Part shown: positions 1 through 13,589 of the stretch, in pieces
Layout of the letters: every line of letters starts with the position of its first letter
Numbering within the stretch: position 1 is the stretch's first letter
Source: Macrostomum lignano
Taxonomy: Eukaryota
DNA length: 64,000 nucleotides
Assembly: GCA_002269645.1 (NCBI GenBank)
Contig: NIVC01002476.1
Location: forward strand, 23,032 to 87,031
Reading direction: 5' to 3'
Made by a program: the position numbers and the translations under genes
The notes under the pieces: generated by a model
Told to the model about the DNA's origin: nothing
The model's input: the letters and a program-made list of their open reading frames with translations, nothing else
Database searches by the model: none

Positions 1-3000
1 GTGGTTTCCTAATGTAGCTTGTGGTTTCCTAATGTGGCTTGTGGTTTCCTAATGTAGCTTGTGGTTTCCTAACGTAGCTTGTGGTTTCCTAATGTAGCTT
101 GTGGTTTCCTAATGTAGCTTGTGGTTTCCTAACGTAGCTTGTGGTTTCCTAATGTGGCTTGTGGTTTCCTAATGTAGCTTGTGGTTTCCTAACGTAGCTT
201 GTGGTGTCCTAATGTAGCTTGTGGTTTCCTAATGTAGCTTGTGGTTTCCTAATGTAGCTTGTGGTTTCCTAATGTAGCTTGTGGTTTCCTAATGTGGCTT
301 GTGGTTTCCTAATGTGCTTGTGGTTTCCTAATGTAGCTTGTGGTTTCCTAATGTAGCTTGTGGTTTCCTAATGTAGCTTGTGGTTTCCTAATGTAGCTTG
401 TGGTTTCCTAATGTGGCTTGTGGTTTCCTAATGTAGCTTGTGGTTTCCTAATGTAGCTTGTGGTTTCCTAATGTAGCTTGTGGTTTCCTAATGTAGCTTG
501 TGGTTTCCTAATGTAGCTTGTGGTTTCCTAATGTAGCTTGTGGTTTCCTAATGTGGCTTGTGGTTTCCTAATGTAGCTTGTGGTTTCCTAATGTAGCTTG
601 TGGTTTCCTAATGTAGCTTGTGGTTTCCTAATGTAGCTTGTGGTTTCCTAATGTAGCTTGTGGTTTCCTAATGTGGCTTGTGGTTTCCTAATGTGGCTTG
701 TGGTTTCCTAATGTAGCTTGTGGTTTCCTAATGTAGCTTGTGGTTTCCTAATGTAGCTTGTGGTTTCCTAATAGCTTGTGGTTTCCTAATGTGGCTTGTG
801 GTTTCCTAATGTAGCTTGTGGTTTCCTAATGTAGCTTGTGGTTTCCTAATGTAGCTTGTGGTTTCCTAATGTAGCTTGTGGTTTCCTAATGTAGCTTGTG
901 GTTTCCTAATGTAGCTTGTGGTTTCCTAATGTGCTTGTGGTTTCCTAATGTGCTTGTGGTTTCCTAATGTAGCTTGTGGTTTCCTAATGTAGCTTGTGGT
1001 TTCCTAATATAGCTTGTGGTTTCCTAATGTAGCTTGTGGTTTCCTAATGTAGCTTGTGGTTTCCTAATGTAGCTTGTGGTTTCCTAATGTAGCTTGTGGT
1101 TTCCTAATGTAGCTTGTGGTTTCCTAATGTAGCTTGTGGTTTCCTAATGTAGCTTGTGGTTTCCTAATGTAGCTTGTGGTTTCCTAATGTAGCTTGTGGT
1201 TTCCTAATGTAGCTTGTGGTTTCCTAATGTAGCTTGTGGTTTCCTAATGTAGCTTGTGGTTTCCTAATGTAGCTTGTGGTTTCCTAATGTAGCTTGTGGT
1301 TTCCTAACGTAGCTTGTGGTTTCCTAATGTAGCTTGTGGTTTCCTAATGTAGCTTGTGGTTTCCTAACGTAGCTTGTGGTTTCCTAATGTGCTTGTGGTT
1401 TCCTAATGTAGCTTGTGGTTTCCTAACGTAGCTTGTGGTTTCCTAATGTAGCTTGTGGTTTCCTAATATAGCTTGTGGTTTCCTAATGTAGCTTGTGGTT
1501 TCCTAATGTAGCTTGTGGTTTCCTAATGTAGCTTGTGGTTTCCTAATGTAGCTTGTGGTTTCCTAATGTAGCTTGTGGTTTCCTAATGTAGCTTGTGGTT
1601 TCCTAATGTAGCTTGTGGTTTCCTAACGTAGCTTGTGGTTTCCTAATGTAGCTTGTGGTTTCCTAATGTAGCTTGTGGTTTCCTAATGTAGCTTGTGGTT
1701 TCCTAATGTAGCTTGTGGTTTCCTAATGTAGCTTGTGGTTTCCTAATGTGGCTTGTGGTTTCCTAATGTAGCTTGTGGTTTCCTAATGTGGCTTGTGGTT
1801 TCCTAATGTGGCTTGTGGTTTCCTAATGTAGCTTGTGGTTTCCTAATGTGGCTTGTGGTTTCCTAATGTAGATTGTGGTTTCCTAATGTAGCTTGTGGTT
1901 TCCTAATGTAGCTTGTGGTTTCCTAATGTAGATTGTGGTTTCCTAATGTAGCTAGTGGGTTTCCTAATATAGTTTGTGGTTTCCTAATGTAGCTTGTGGT
2001 TTCGTAATGTGGCTTGTGGTTTCCTAATGTAGCTTGTGGTTTCCTAATGTAGATTGTGGTTTCCTAATGTAGCTAGTGGGTTTCCTAATATAGTTTGTGG
2101 TTTCCTAATGTAGCTTGTGGTTTCGTAATGTGGCTTGTGGTTTCCTAATGTAGCTTGTGGTTTCCTAATGTAGCTAGTGGGTTTCGTAATGTAGCTAGTG
2201 GTTTCCTAATGTAGCTTGTGGTTTCGTAATGTAGCTAGTGGGTTTCCTAATGTAGCTAGTGGGTTTCCTAATGTAGCTTGTGGTTTCCTAATGTAGATTG
2301 TGGTTTCCTAATGTAGCACGTGGTTTCCTAATGTAGCTTGTGGTTTCCTAATATAGCTTGTGGTTTCCTAATGTAGATTGTGGTTTCCTAATATAGCTTG
2401 TGGTTTCCTAATGTAGCTTGTGGTTTCCTAATGTAGCTTGTGGTTTCCTAATGTAGATTGTGGTTTCCTAATGTAGCACGTGGTTTCCTAATGTGGCTTG
2501 TGGTTTCCTAATGTAGCTTGTGGTTTCCTAATGTAGCTTGTGGTTTCCTAATGTAGCTTGTGGTTTCCTAATGTGGCTTGTGGTTTCCTAATGTGGCTTG
2601 TGGTTTCCTAATGTGGCTTGTGGTTTCCTAATGTAGCTTGTGGTTTCCTAACGTAGCTTGTGGTTTCCTAATGTAGCTTGTGGTTTCCTAATGTAGCTGG
2701 TGGTTTCCTAACGTAGCTTGTGGTTTCCTAATGTAGCTTGTGGTTTCCTAATGTAGCTTGTGGTTTCCTAATGTAGCTTGTGGTTTCCTAATGTGGCTTG
2801 TGGTTTCCTAATGTGGCCTGTGGTTTCCTAATATAGCTTGTGGTTTCCTAATGTAGCTTGTGGTTTCCTAATGTGGCTTGTGGTTTCCTAATGTAGCTTG
2901 TGGTTTCCTAATGTGGCTTGTGGTTTCCTAATGTGGCTTGTGGTTTCCTAATGTAGCTTGTGGTTTCCTAATATAGCTTGTGGTTTCCTAATGTAGCTTG

Positions 3001-3058
3001 TGGTTTCCTAATGTAGCTTGTGCTTTCTTGATGTAGCTGGTGGTTTCCTAATGTAGCT
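1..3058. repeat. 20-bp minisatellite (GTGGTTTCCTAATGTAGCTT)n, about 150 copies, truncated by window start; intronic to the sushi gene
   Basis: Direct periodicity; array ends about 30 nt before the AG acceptor at 3085-3086. Confidence 0.97.
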
Positions 3059-3086
3059 AATATAACCTAATGTAACCGCCAACCAG

Positions 3087-3773
3087 AGGTGAGCTGCGAC
3101 ACTGACATCCTGATTCCCAAGACTGCCGCTGGACTCGCCATGCTAGAATCGCTGAACTACAAATCGAACGCCGTCATCAGCTTCGACAATGGCACCGTTG
3201 TGAACACAAACGCTAGCAGTGTCAACAATCAGGAGCTGATGCCGTACAAGACTGTGCTGACCTTCTTTTGTCAAGATGGCATGGACACTGGCACTGGGGC
3301 GCCCATCGCTCTCTGCCGGAGCAGCGGCGACTGGAATCTCTCTAGCCTGCCAACCTGCACCAGTGAGAGCTACTGCTGCCACCCACCCCTCCTCCTCACT
3401 CTGCACCGCACCCACCCCTCCTCCTCATTCTGCGCCGCACCCACCCCTCCTCCTCCTCACCCTCCTCCGTACCCACCCCTCTGTACACTGCATTTTTAAT
3501 CAATGTTTTGACTCTCCGCTCTCCCAACTTTTGTTTTCAGAAGTCTCCGGCAAATTGGACGTGCGCGGTAAATTTTTCGTGCCGCCAGCCGTGGAGGCGG
3601 CCGCCGCTGGTTCAGTGGGCGCTTTGGCCATCACCATTTCTGTGCTGTTTGGCATCAGCCTGCTCATGCTGGACCTGTCAACTCTGTCCAGAGATCTGGC
3701 CTTGATGAAGCGAAATCTCACTAATTTGAAACGGCGACTGGATGCTAGGCGTCTGCAAGCTAACAAGCCTTGA
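3087..3773 (+). CDS. Last two exons (3087-3362, 3541-3773) of a sushi/CCP-domain single-pass membrane protein; 5' part outside window
   Basis: Phase 1-1 exon encodes F-x-C-x-x-G...A-x-C-x3-G-x-W...P-x-C (sushi-like). CAG|AG acceptor, A|GTGAGA donor, TTTTCAG| acceptor at 3540. Last exon has a hydrophobic segment (ALAITISVLFGISLLML), a basic tail and TGA at 3771-3773. Confidence 0.75.
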
Positions 3774-3920
3774 CTAGTTGACATTTTATCGTTCATTTAT
3801 TAACTAATAACTTAAATTAAGTAAATTAAATAAATAAGTAAATAAATTAAGGTTTACTGCCCTCAGTTTAACTGCTAATTTTTAACAGAAATACGATGTA
3901 TCACTTTCTTGCGATGTATA

Positions 3921-4490
3921 CTTTGATTGTCTATGGTCGAGTGCAGTTGTGTAGCAGTGGCTTTGATTGACTTTATTGTCTATGGCCGAGTGCAGTTCTG
4001 TAGCAGTGGCTTTGATTGGCTTTATTGTCTATGGCCGAGTGCAGTTCTGTAGTAGTGGCTTTGATTGGCTTTATTGTCTATGGCCGAGTGCAGTTCTGTA
4101 GCAGTGGCTTTGATTGGCTTTATTGTCTATGGCCGAGTCCAGTTCTGTGGCAGTGGCTTTGATTGGCTTTATTGTCTATGGCCGAGTGCAGCTCTCCAGC
4201 AGTGGCTTTGATTGTCTTTATTGTCTATGGCCGAGTGCAGCTCTCCAGCAGTGGCTTTGATTGGCTTTATTGTCTATGGCCGAGTGCAGCTCTCTAGCAG
4301 TGGCTTTGATTGGCTTTATTGTCTATGGCCGAGTGCAGCTCTCCAGCAGTGGCTTTGATTGGCTTTATTGTCTATGGCCGAGTGCAGCTCTCCAGCAGTG
4401 GCTTTGATTGTCTTTATTGTCTATGGCCGAGTGCAGCTCTCCAGCAGTGGCTTTGATTGGCTTTATTGTCTATGGCCGGGTTCAGTTCTG
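3921..4490. repeat. 49-bp minisatellite (CTTTGATTGGCTTTATTGTCTATGGCCGAGTGCAGTTCTGTAGCAGTGG)n, about 11-12 copies
   Basis: Direct periodicity downstream of the sushi gene stop codon. Confidence 0.93.
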
Positions 4491-5319
4491 TGACAGCTGC
4501 TCAATGTTTTGGGAAATTTTATAATTTAGCACCATTTTAAAATTGAACGGAGCAATCTCTGGCACGATGTACTTTTTTATCATGGCAGAGTTTTAAGACC
4601 AGAGCAATATTTAGTTTACACTGACCGACAATCTACGTACAGGTTAACTATCTACTAAAACTTTTGAATGTCAGATTTAGACAATTCTATGCACTCCTCT
4701 AATTTCTCGAACCTAATCATTTTTAGCACACGTGACTTAATTTTGTTTATCTTCTTCTCTCGCAAGTACTACGGTACCCTCGTAAGTAGAAACAAACAAT
4801 TGTCAAACTTTCCAGCGTATTTTAAAAATTTCGATAAGAACTCGAAAATCTGGGTTTTTTTCTTAGTTTTTTCATCAGTTTAAGTAGCAAAAAGATATAG
4901 CAAGCGAGCCTCTATAGGTAAAGAGACATTCTACAAGAGATTTCTGGAAGAAAAGATTTACCTACAGCTAGCTACCGCCCCTATCTCATTGCGCAGTGCG
5001 ACGTAATTCTTGTTGTATATAGGAGTAGTTGGCAATAATTTTAGGTGAAAAAGACACACCTTCTGTGCAGGCTGGTCAATTTACCTGCACCTACAGAGAC
5101 CTGTCTATAAAACATGTAGCTATCTTTCTGTAGTCTCTCCTAGTGGCAGCAAGTATTCGCATTCCACTTGCCTCAAACGACCCTGCAACTTATAGAATTC
5201 GCATTTGATCTTTTTGATAAGAGAATACATGTGTGCAACACTTCAGGTAGAATTTTAGGGCTTATATAGACTCGTGATACACAGAATTTCCTGCTTTGCA
5301 TTGCCTGTACTGTCGGACT

Positions 5320-8300
5320 ATGTCGGACTTCATCAACTGTTTGATCGTATCTGAGGAGGATTTGCTGTGCAATGGCACCGAGTATCACCTTGCGGATCAC
5401 AAGGCCACGCCAGAGGACGCGTTGTTCTGGATTTACTTGGGCATTTATGCTCTGCTAGTACTCGGAGCTGGTAAGTTGCGCGTCTGATTGAGTCTGTTTC
5501 GTCTTTCATTTTTTTCAGTTTCTCTGTAGAAGCATTGTGCTCGTATAATATGCGTCTACGACATATAATGAAATACTGATTGACCTTCGAGCATCTGACC
5601 TAACCTGTCTTTGAGCATCTGATCCAACCTGTCTTTGAGCATCTGACCTAACCTGTCCTTGAGCATCTGACCTAACCTGTCTTTGAGCATCTGACCTAAC
5701 CTGTCTTTGAGCATCTGATCCAACCTGTCTTTGAGCATCTGACCTAACCTGTCCTTGAGCATCTGACCTAACCTGTCTTTGAGCATCTGACCTAACCTGT
5801 CTTTGAGCATCTGATCCAACCTGTCTTTGAGCATCTGACCTAACCTGTCTTTGAGCATCTGACCCAACCTGTCTTTGAGCATCTGACCCAACCTGTCTTT
5901 GAGCATCTGACCTAACCTGTCTTTGAGCATCTGATCCAACCTGTCTTTGAGCATCTGACCTAACCTGTCTTTGAGCATCTGACCTGTTTTTGCTCATTCT
6001 AGCTATCTTAGAACATTTGCCTAAACTCATCTTTGAGAATTTCACCACTTGTCATAAACTGTCTTTGAGCATCTGTCCAATGTGTTAAGTGATTAAACGT
6101 TTTAACTACGCCAAGTACAGAAAGCGCTCTCGACTCTGAAACACAGGTCTCTTAGTACTCTCACTGGTAACCCATATGCTTTTGCAACTCTTACCTGCAA
6201 CCGAACACTCAAATACAGGCCTAATGAGCGGCCTAACCATAGGCCTGTTAAGTCTCGACCTGCTCAGCTTAAAAGTGCTCAGCGATTCTGGCACAGGCGA
6301 GACGAAACGTTTTGCCAAGCGTCTGTTCCCCATCATCAGACAGCATCACTGGCTGCTGGTGACTCTGTTGCTAGGCAACGCGGCTTGCGTTGAAGCAATG
6401 CCGATATTTTTAGATCGGGTTTCCGATCCAGTGACTGCTGTCCTTGTCTCCGTCACGGCTGTACTGTTTTTTGGAGAGTGAGTTTCGCTTTCTATTTTTG
6501 CTACTGCCAGTAGTTATATATTGTTGAAATATTAAAGTGTAGGAAATTTGTCGACTTTTTCAGAGTCATTCCACAAGCTCTGTGCACCAGATACGGATTG
6601 AAGATCGGGTACTATTGCTCTCCGTGAGTTGAACGCGTCTATGCGCTTGCCTTTTACACTGTACGTGACAGGCAGGGCCAATCCCAAAAGCAACGGGTGT
6701 GTTCAGGTCTGACGATCTTAAAGTCAAGGTTAGGGTTAGGGGTTAGGCAAATCGTCATCATCAGGGCATGCCACAATCGTCACAACAAACCATAAATTTA
6801 TAAACTAAAACAGAATCAAGGCGATAGACAAATAGCTTTAATGCTCACAGCACTCTGATTTGGTGTTCCACCCCACCGCTAGCAAGCTGCACATTCAAAT
6901 TAATGTTCGAAACTTAATAATTCCATAAAACCATCCATCCAACCATCCATACAACCATCCATCCAACCATCCATCTAACCATCCATCCAAGCATACATCC
7001 ATCCAACCATACATCCATCCAACCATCCATCCAACCATACATCCAACCATACATCCAACCATCCGTCCAACCATACATCCAACCATCCATCCAATCATCC
7101 ATCCAACCATCCATCCAACCATCCATCCAACCATCCATCCAACCATACATCCAACCATCCATCCAACCATCCATCCAACCATCCATCCAACCATCCATCT
7201 AACTATCCGTTTAACACTTTGAACAGCTGCATCGTGTGGTTGTCACAACACGCAGTGCAATCTAACAAGCAAGGGCTCTCTTGTTCTTGTGTGAAGGTGT
7301 CGCTTAGTTTTTCTTATGTAGGAAACGCTCTGATCAACAGAGCAACGGAATTCGTGAACCATCTAACGTAATAGTTCAACCAATATTAAAACCTGCTCAA
7401 AAACCGTCTCACCCTCCAGCATAGTGTACGTCTGCATGGCCGTGATGTCCCCGATTGCGTTTCCCATATCCAAACTGCTCGACTGCATTCTGGGTACCGA
7501 CCACGAGACCGTGTTCAAACGCGAAGAGCTCAAATCTCTGGTCAGTTTCCATGGCCCGGAGACTCGCAGACAGCCGCTTAGCGGCCGGATGTCTGCGCGG
7601 TCTCGGACGAGCTCGCTGGTGTCCAACGCGACTGCAGGGGCCGGCGAGTTGACATCGGCGGGCAGTGGTGACAACCCGAGTGACCAGCACAGACGGTCGG
7701 TGCTGACAAGAGACGAGGTAAGTATTGTTTAGTACCTCTGAATAAAATGTATCGATGGTGTCAAAGCAATAAGTAAGTTGCAATTTTTTAAAGACCATCA
7801 GGGCAAGCCAATTGACCTGCTTCTTATTGATTGGCTTTCTACATTGAGTTTCTTACCAGGAAACTGTTATCCAGCCATTGTTTTGCTACCAAAGCAAAAA
7901 CTCGCACAAAACTCAACGATTTTACAATAGAGGTCCTCCGATGTTCCCATTCCCCATTTACACACGAGGTGTGAGTGTAGATAACAATTGCAGTAAAAAT
8001 CTCGCAGACAACTATTTTTCACAGACAACTTCTTACGTGTTTTGGCCTTAGATCAGATGACTTTTACTTGGCTGTACGACCTTATCCGTGCATTATTTGC
8101 ACAATCTGTCAGTGGCGTATGCAGGAATTTTAATTAAAAGGGCCGCTAACCCAAAGAAGCGCCAATATTTGGTTTATTGGTGGGGGCGCTTCTGTCTCTT
8201 GGTGAGCGCCCACTGTCTCTTGGTGAGCGCCCACTGTCTCTTGGTGAGCGCCCACTGTCTCTTGGTGAGCGCCCACTGTCTCTTGGTTGGCGCCTGTCTC

Positions 8301-10181
8301 TTGGTTAGCGCCTTTACCCCTGTCTCTTGGTTAGCGCCTTTACCCCTGTCTCTTGGTTAGCGCCTTTACCCCTGTCTCTTGGTTAGCGCCTTTACCCCTG
8401 TCTCTTGGTTAGCGCCTTTACCCCTGTCTCTTGGTTAGCGCCTTTACCCCTGTCTCTTGGTTAGCGCTTTTACCCCTGTCTCTTGGTTGGCGCCTTTACC
8501 CCTGTCTCTTGGTTAGCGCCTTTACCCCTGTCTCTTGGTTAGCGCCTTTACCCCTGTCTCTTGGTTGGCGCCTTTACCCCTGTCTCTTGGTTAGCGCCTT
8601 TACCCCTGTCTCTTGGTTGGCGCCTTTACCCCTGTCTCTTGGTTGGCGCTTTTACCCCTGTCTCTTGGTTAGCGCTTTTACCCCTGTCTCTTGGTTGGCG
8701 CCTTTACCCCTGTCTCTTGGTTAGCGCCTTTACCCCTGTCTCTTGGTTAGCGCCTTTACCCCTGTCTCTTGGTTGGCGCCTTTACCCCTGTCTCTTGGTT
8801 AGCGCCTTTACCCCTGTCTCTTGGTTGGCGCCTTTACCCCTGTCTCTTGGTTGGCGCTTTTACCCCTGTCTCTTGGTTGGCGCTTTTACCCCTGTCTCTT
8901 GGTTGGCGCCTTCACCCCTGTCTCTTGTGCCGGTGGACGCGGCGTCCAAGAGGTGGCAAAAGTCGAGCTCCGGTTATTCGTCGAGTTTGCGTGGTCACCT
9001 TTTTTCGTTTAGTTTTTGCAAGAGCGTAATTTTTGTGAGGACGATTGCGGAGGGTCACGGCTCCTTGCCCCCCCCCTCTGCGTACGCCATTGCAATCTGA
9101 CATTTGTCCTACTCTCGGATTGAATGCATAGCTACATGTAGCTCGCATGCATGAATGTACATGTGCGTAGTATACAATAAGTGTGTGTGTGTCTACGTAC
9201 GCATCCATACTCAGAGGGTAAGTGGAATGAGCTTACTCTGCTTTGCCTCCTCGCTAAATACAGTTCGACTCGCTTTGCCTCGAGTTGCCTCAGCATCTGA
9301 AAGCCCCATTGCGAGTAAAATTCTACGAGTACACTCTCCATTTGTTCTGCATGGCTTTAAACATTCGATTCTCCAACTCCCCAAGGTAACCATCATCCGG
9401 GGCGCTCTGGAACTCACCAGCGTCACAGCTGGAGACGCCTGCACTCCTATCGAGAAGGTGTTCATGCTGTCTGATGAGCTCACATTGGACTCAAACACTC
9501 GACAGCGGATCATGCAGAGTGCTCACTCTAGAGTGCCAGTTTATCACGGCGAAAATCGCGGCGACATTCGCGGTCACCTTCTCGTGAAGATGCTGCTGCT
9601 GTTTGAGTCGCCCGCCAGCCCATCGATGCAGGAGCTCATGACCAACAGGAAGTGCTTCCGGGAGATGCCGTTCGTGAAGAGCAGCGCTCAGCTATACGAT
9701 TTGTTGAGAATTTTTCAACTAGGAAAGAGTTGAGTACCTGTGAATTTCTGCATTTTCTTTAATTTGTTGTGATTTTTAGGCGATGAGAACCAGTTTAGTA
9801 ATTCGAATCTTTCCTAATCCTATTCAACTAGGTCACATGGCTGTCGTCCTTGACAACAACTCGTCCTCGCCAGATGGCGTTCGAGGCATCATCACACTAG
9901 AGAATGTGCTCGAAAAACTTCTACTCGATGCTATTCAAGACGAAGCTGACAATCTTCGAGAGGAGTTCAGCCAAAGCGAGGGTCACATGACACTACTAAA
10001 TTCGCAGCGACAGATTTATAGCAATGGTTTCCAAGTAAACCGCGAGGTAAACAGCCTTTCGGTTGCTAGGCCTGTTGCTAGGGCGTTGGAAGCAGACGGA
10101 AGCGACTCTGTGCAAGTGGAAGTGAAGACGACGAGAGACACGGAGCGAACTCCCCTGCTGATGGATCGGAAAATTTCCTGA
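5320..10181 (+). CDS. DUF21 + CBS-pair metal transporter (CNNM/Mam3 family), 486 aa; exons 5320-5470, 6219-6477, 6564-6623, 7420-7717, 9386-9728, 9832-10181
   Basis: Family motifs [76 protein letters not shown]. All introns are GT-AG with matching phases; summed CDS is 1461 nt. Confidence 0.9.
5590..5985. repeat. 24-bp minisatellite (TTTGAGCATCTGACCTAACCTGTC)n in CNNM intron 1
   Basis: Direct periodicity; explains ORFs 5515-6048 and 5556-5978. Confidence 0.95.
6929..7200. repeat. (CCAT/CCAA)-based 12-bp simple repeat in CNNM intron 3
   Basis: Direct periodicity (CCATCCATCCAA). Confidence 0.93.
8110..9092. mobile_element. Non-autonomous hAT-like MITE carrying an internal 26-bp minisatellite, in CNNM intron 4
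   Basis: Imperfect TIRs CAGTGGCGTATGCAG / CTGCGTACGCCATTG. Flanks CAATCTGT (8102-8109) and CAATCTGA (9093-9100) give a 7/8 match to an 8-bp TSD. Confidence 0.6.
8190..8927. repeat. 26-bp minisatellite (CCTTTACCCCTGTCTCTTGGTTAGCG)n
   Basis: Direct periodicity; source of the overlapping repetitive ORFs at 8088-9100. Confidence 0.95.
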
Positions 10182-13100
10182 TCGATCGGTTTGACAACAT
10201 TCTGAATAAGTACATCATGCATAGATGCATACGCGTTATCAGCTACAGCTAGCTCATTAACATATTATGCTGAACTATTGCTGATTACAACAATTTAAGA
10301 AACGATTTCATTTACAGTCCCCGTGTATATAGTCTATATTTCAAAGACCCTTTACATGTACATGTACAGTGTGCACCATTATATGCGTATGCTTAGAAAG
10401 AAAGAAAAAAGTTTAGAATGACCTCATCTTCATGTATTACTTTTTGGCTATAGCTATTGCTCATTGATGTTACAAAAATACAAGTGCGCGTTGAAGTACG
10501 TTTAAAAGGCATTAATTGAGTTTTACACAATCCGAAGTAATTAAATATACATTTACGCTCGTTCACAATGTAATATACAGCGCTTGTTCACTGGAACACA
10601 AAAATATTTATGCATATTATAATGGTGTAAAAGTTATTTTCGGCTACATCGATCAGTAACGCAAAATTTTAAAAGTAACCAATTTCTACATACGAGAAAT
10701 TGTATGTAGCCTTTATACTATACACGCTTCTACATTACGTAGATGTTTAGGAGTATGCGCGGGAATGGTAAGAATTGCATTGCATCGTTGTGGGAGTGGG
10801 ACCATATGTGGCCGAGCTAGCTACAATAGGCCTTTCACCAGCAAGGTGCGTGACTCGATGGGCAAAAATTGTTGCATTTATTATTTTATTCTTACGTTTT
10901 GTTAAACTGTTAATTACGTGTGCAACAGATCGAGAACGCTGATAAATAGGCAGCTTTAACATATATATTGCTTCTCTTTAAAGCCGTATATTTTAAACCT
11001 TCATGAACCATACTGTACATGTAAACTATAACAGCTCTCATGTACATTATACATACGTATGTACATTATACATACGTACAAAACCTATACATAAGTCAAA
11101 TGTATTTCATTTAACTTTTCGGTCACCTATAAATTTTTAAGCCACTTTTAATTTGATTGTGCATGAATTCACTTCACTTGAATCGAAAGGCGCGTAAATT
11201 AGAGTGATCGCTACGGCGATTCTTCGGAATGCTAGAACCACTAGTATGATAAAATAGACTTTATGTATTGTCTATATTTTCTGCAATATAGTGATCGTTT
11301 TTTAGAATATTTTTTATGCTTTAAAATTTATTTAGATAGTCAATAATATAGCTGTTGCTTCTTTACGCAAGCGCGTTACTTTTAATGTGCCCCTTTCTTT
11401 GAAAATCGCGCTAATTAAAAAACCGCAAGGAAATTGGGCGGCCACTCTTCTAGTGTAGTTTTTAGACTCAAGGATGTGCTCGAATTTACATTTATTGTAT
11501 AAATTTTTGTTATAAAAAATAAAAACTCCCAAAGACTTTAAATTGCTTGAATTTTCTCATTGATAACTTTCATATTAATAACTTTCTTTATTCTAAACTA
11601 TAGTCTAAACAAAAAGTAGGCCTAGTATAGTATACTAAAAATTGTTTGCTTCTATAAATGTTAATTTTCTAAATTAAATTATAACTAGCATAAATTTCCT
11701 CCCTTCATCCTATGTACAAATAATATTATAATTAATATATTTTAGAGAAATGTCAATGAATAATTTGGGTCTCCAACAAGGTTATTATAAGCTGAAAATA
11801 ATATAATAATAGTTAAGTCTAGGGCCTAATACAAAAAATTGAATTTTTCTTAATAGGTAATTTCTTTAGGCCCTTAACCCTAGTCAACATCTAAGCAAAA
11901 AGTATATAAATATATATTACCATATTATAGATAGGGACTTCAGTGAGTTATAAGAAGTGCGTGCCAATGGCAAAAAAGTAAGAAAAAAGTCCAATTTTTC
12001 AAGGGCGATTTTAAAGAAACTATAGAAGCCAGGATGAAAGTAAAATATGCATTTAAAAGGTAAAAAGGAGCTCTTTCAAATGACACCAACTGCAAGTCTA
12101 GCTTTGTTATACTTTTTGCACTGTCTATTTTTAAAGTTGACCATTTTTTAGGAGGAATATAAAATTGAAGCCAAAATGAATAAAAAAACAGTGGTTCAGA
12201 AAATGCTTTTTCTTAGCTGCAATGTGTTTCTTATAATGGAAACAAAGGTTTTATAGTGTAAAGGGATAATTTAGAAACATTTTTCTGGTGTTAAAAAAAA
12301 ATTTTTTTTTCTTTTAATGCCCATATGGCTCTATGCAAAATTTCAAATCCAAAATTTTCCATGAAATCCTTTTCCTGCATTGTTTCTCTTTATATTTTTC
12401 ATTACCTATTGACAATACAAGCACAGTAAAAAAAACCGCTTGCCAATAGCTATAGGCGCAAAAATTTTGTGGAGGTTTCTTTTTTTGATACGTTTACATG
12501 TAAAATACCCATTGAAACATGTATTTCGTGTTTTTTGTGAGACTCTGCCTTCCGGCAAACTAGTTCTCTGTGTCATTTAACTAATTCTGCTATGCTGAAC
12601 ACGATAGACAAAACCGTTTTTTAATAAACCCATGCGCAAAGCCTGTACAGCACATTACATTGCAGTTGGGGTGTCTGTCATGCATTAAAAATTTAGGGCA
12701 AGAAGTAGAATAGTATTATAGTAGGTAAAAACCTGAACAAAATGACACTAGCCTTGTATAAATTAAGCAAGCAGAACAGATGCTATTGTATTTTTAAAAT
12801 TGCAATCATTGCGTATCTGGTTAAAATAGTCAAAATTTCATACACCCATCCTGTTTCAATTAGCTTAGCAACTTGGGCATATAAAATAATATTAAAATAT
12901 ATAATTCATACAATTAACACTAAAAAACTGAACAAAATGACACCAAGCACAGTCATTTTGGTTGGCTAGAAAATTAATTACAAGTGTTCAAAGACAAAAA
13001 GCCAACTTTTTGGCCAAAAATGATCACAAACCGTAATGTAAAAATTCCATTGGCTAAAGGCACAAATCGGGGTTACTAAAATAGCTGTAGTTTCCTTATT

Positions 13101-13589
13101 ACTCAACCAAATCACTAAAGTTTGGCCATTTTGGAAATGGGAAAGTAAGATCTATCTAGTGAAATAGCAGCCTATAACAATTTCTGAAATTTAATTTTCT
13201 CACTGAAGTGCCTATTATAGAGTAAATAATTGCTTTTCAGTTTTTGATTGAAATAATGGCCATTTCAAGCTAAAATTCTACTTTGGTTGCATTGTATATT
13301 TTTCACTTTTTTAAACTTAAATTTAAATTTTAATAAATATTTTGAACTATAAAAAAACCTGGTGCAAATTAATTGCACCTTAATTGCCTTAATTGCCTTA
13401 ATTGCATTAATTGCAATGCCTTAATTGCAAATTAAGGTAGAAAATAAGACAAACACTTAATTGCCTTTGTAAGATTATATTTCATCTTTTTACAGAGTAA
13501 CAATACTTAATCACTACTGAGAGTACTACTATTGAACTTTTTCTCATTAATAAATGTTAGAGTTTGCTAGTGTTTTATTGTATACTTTA

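Noticed and set aside
1-3058. CRISPR-like appearance of regular short repeats here and elsewhere
   Set aside because: Head-to-tail repeats with no unique spacers, no cas genes, and a eukaryotic context.
11100-13500. Possible piggyBac-like or other TIR element (TTAACCCTAG.. / ..CTAGAAAATTAA) in AT-rich DNA
   Set aside because: Terminal match too short and imperfect; no transposase remnant seen.
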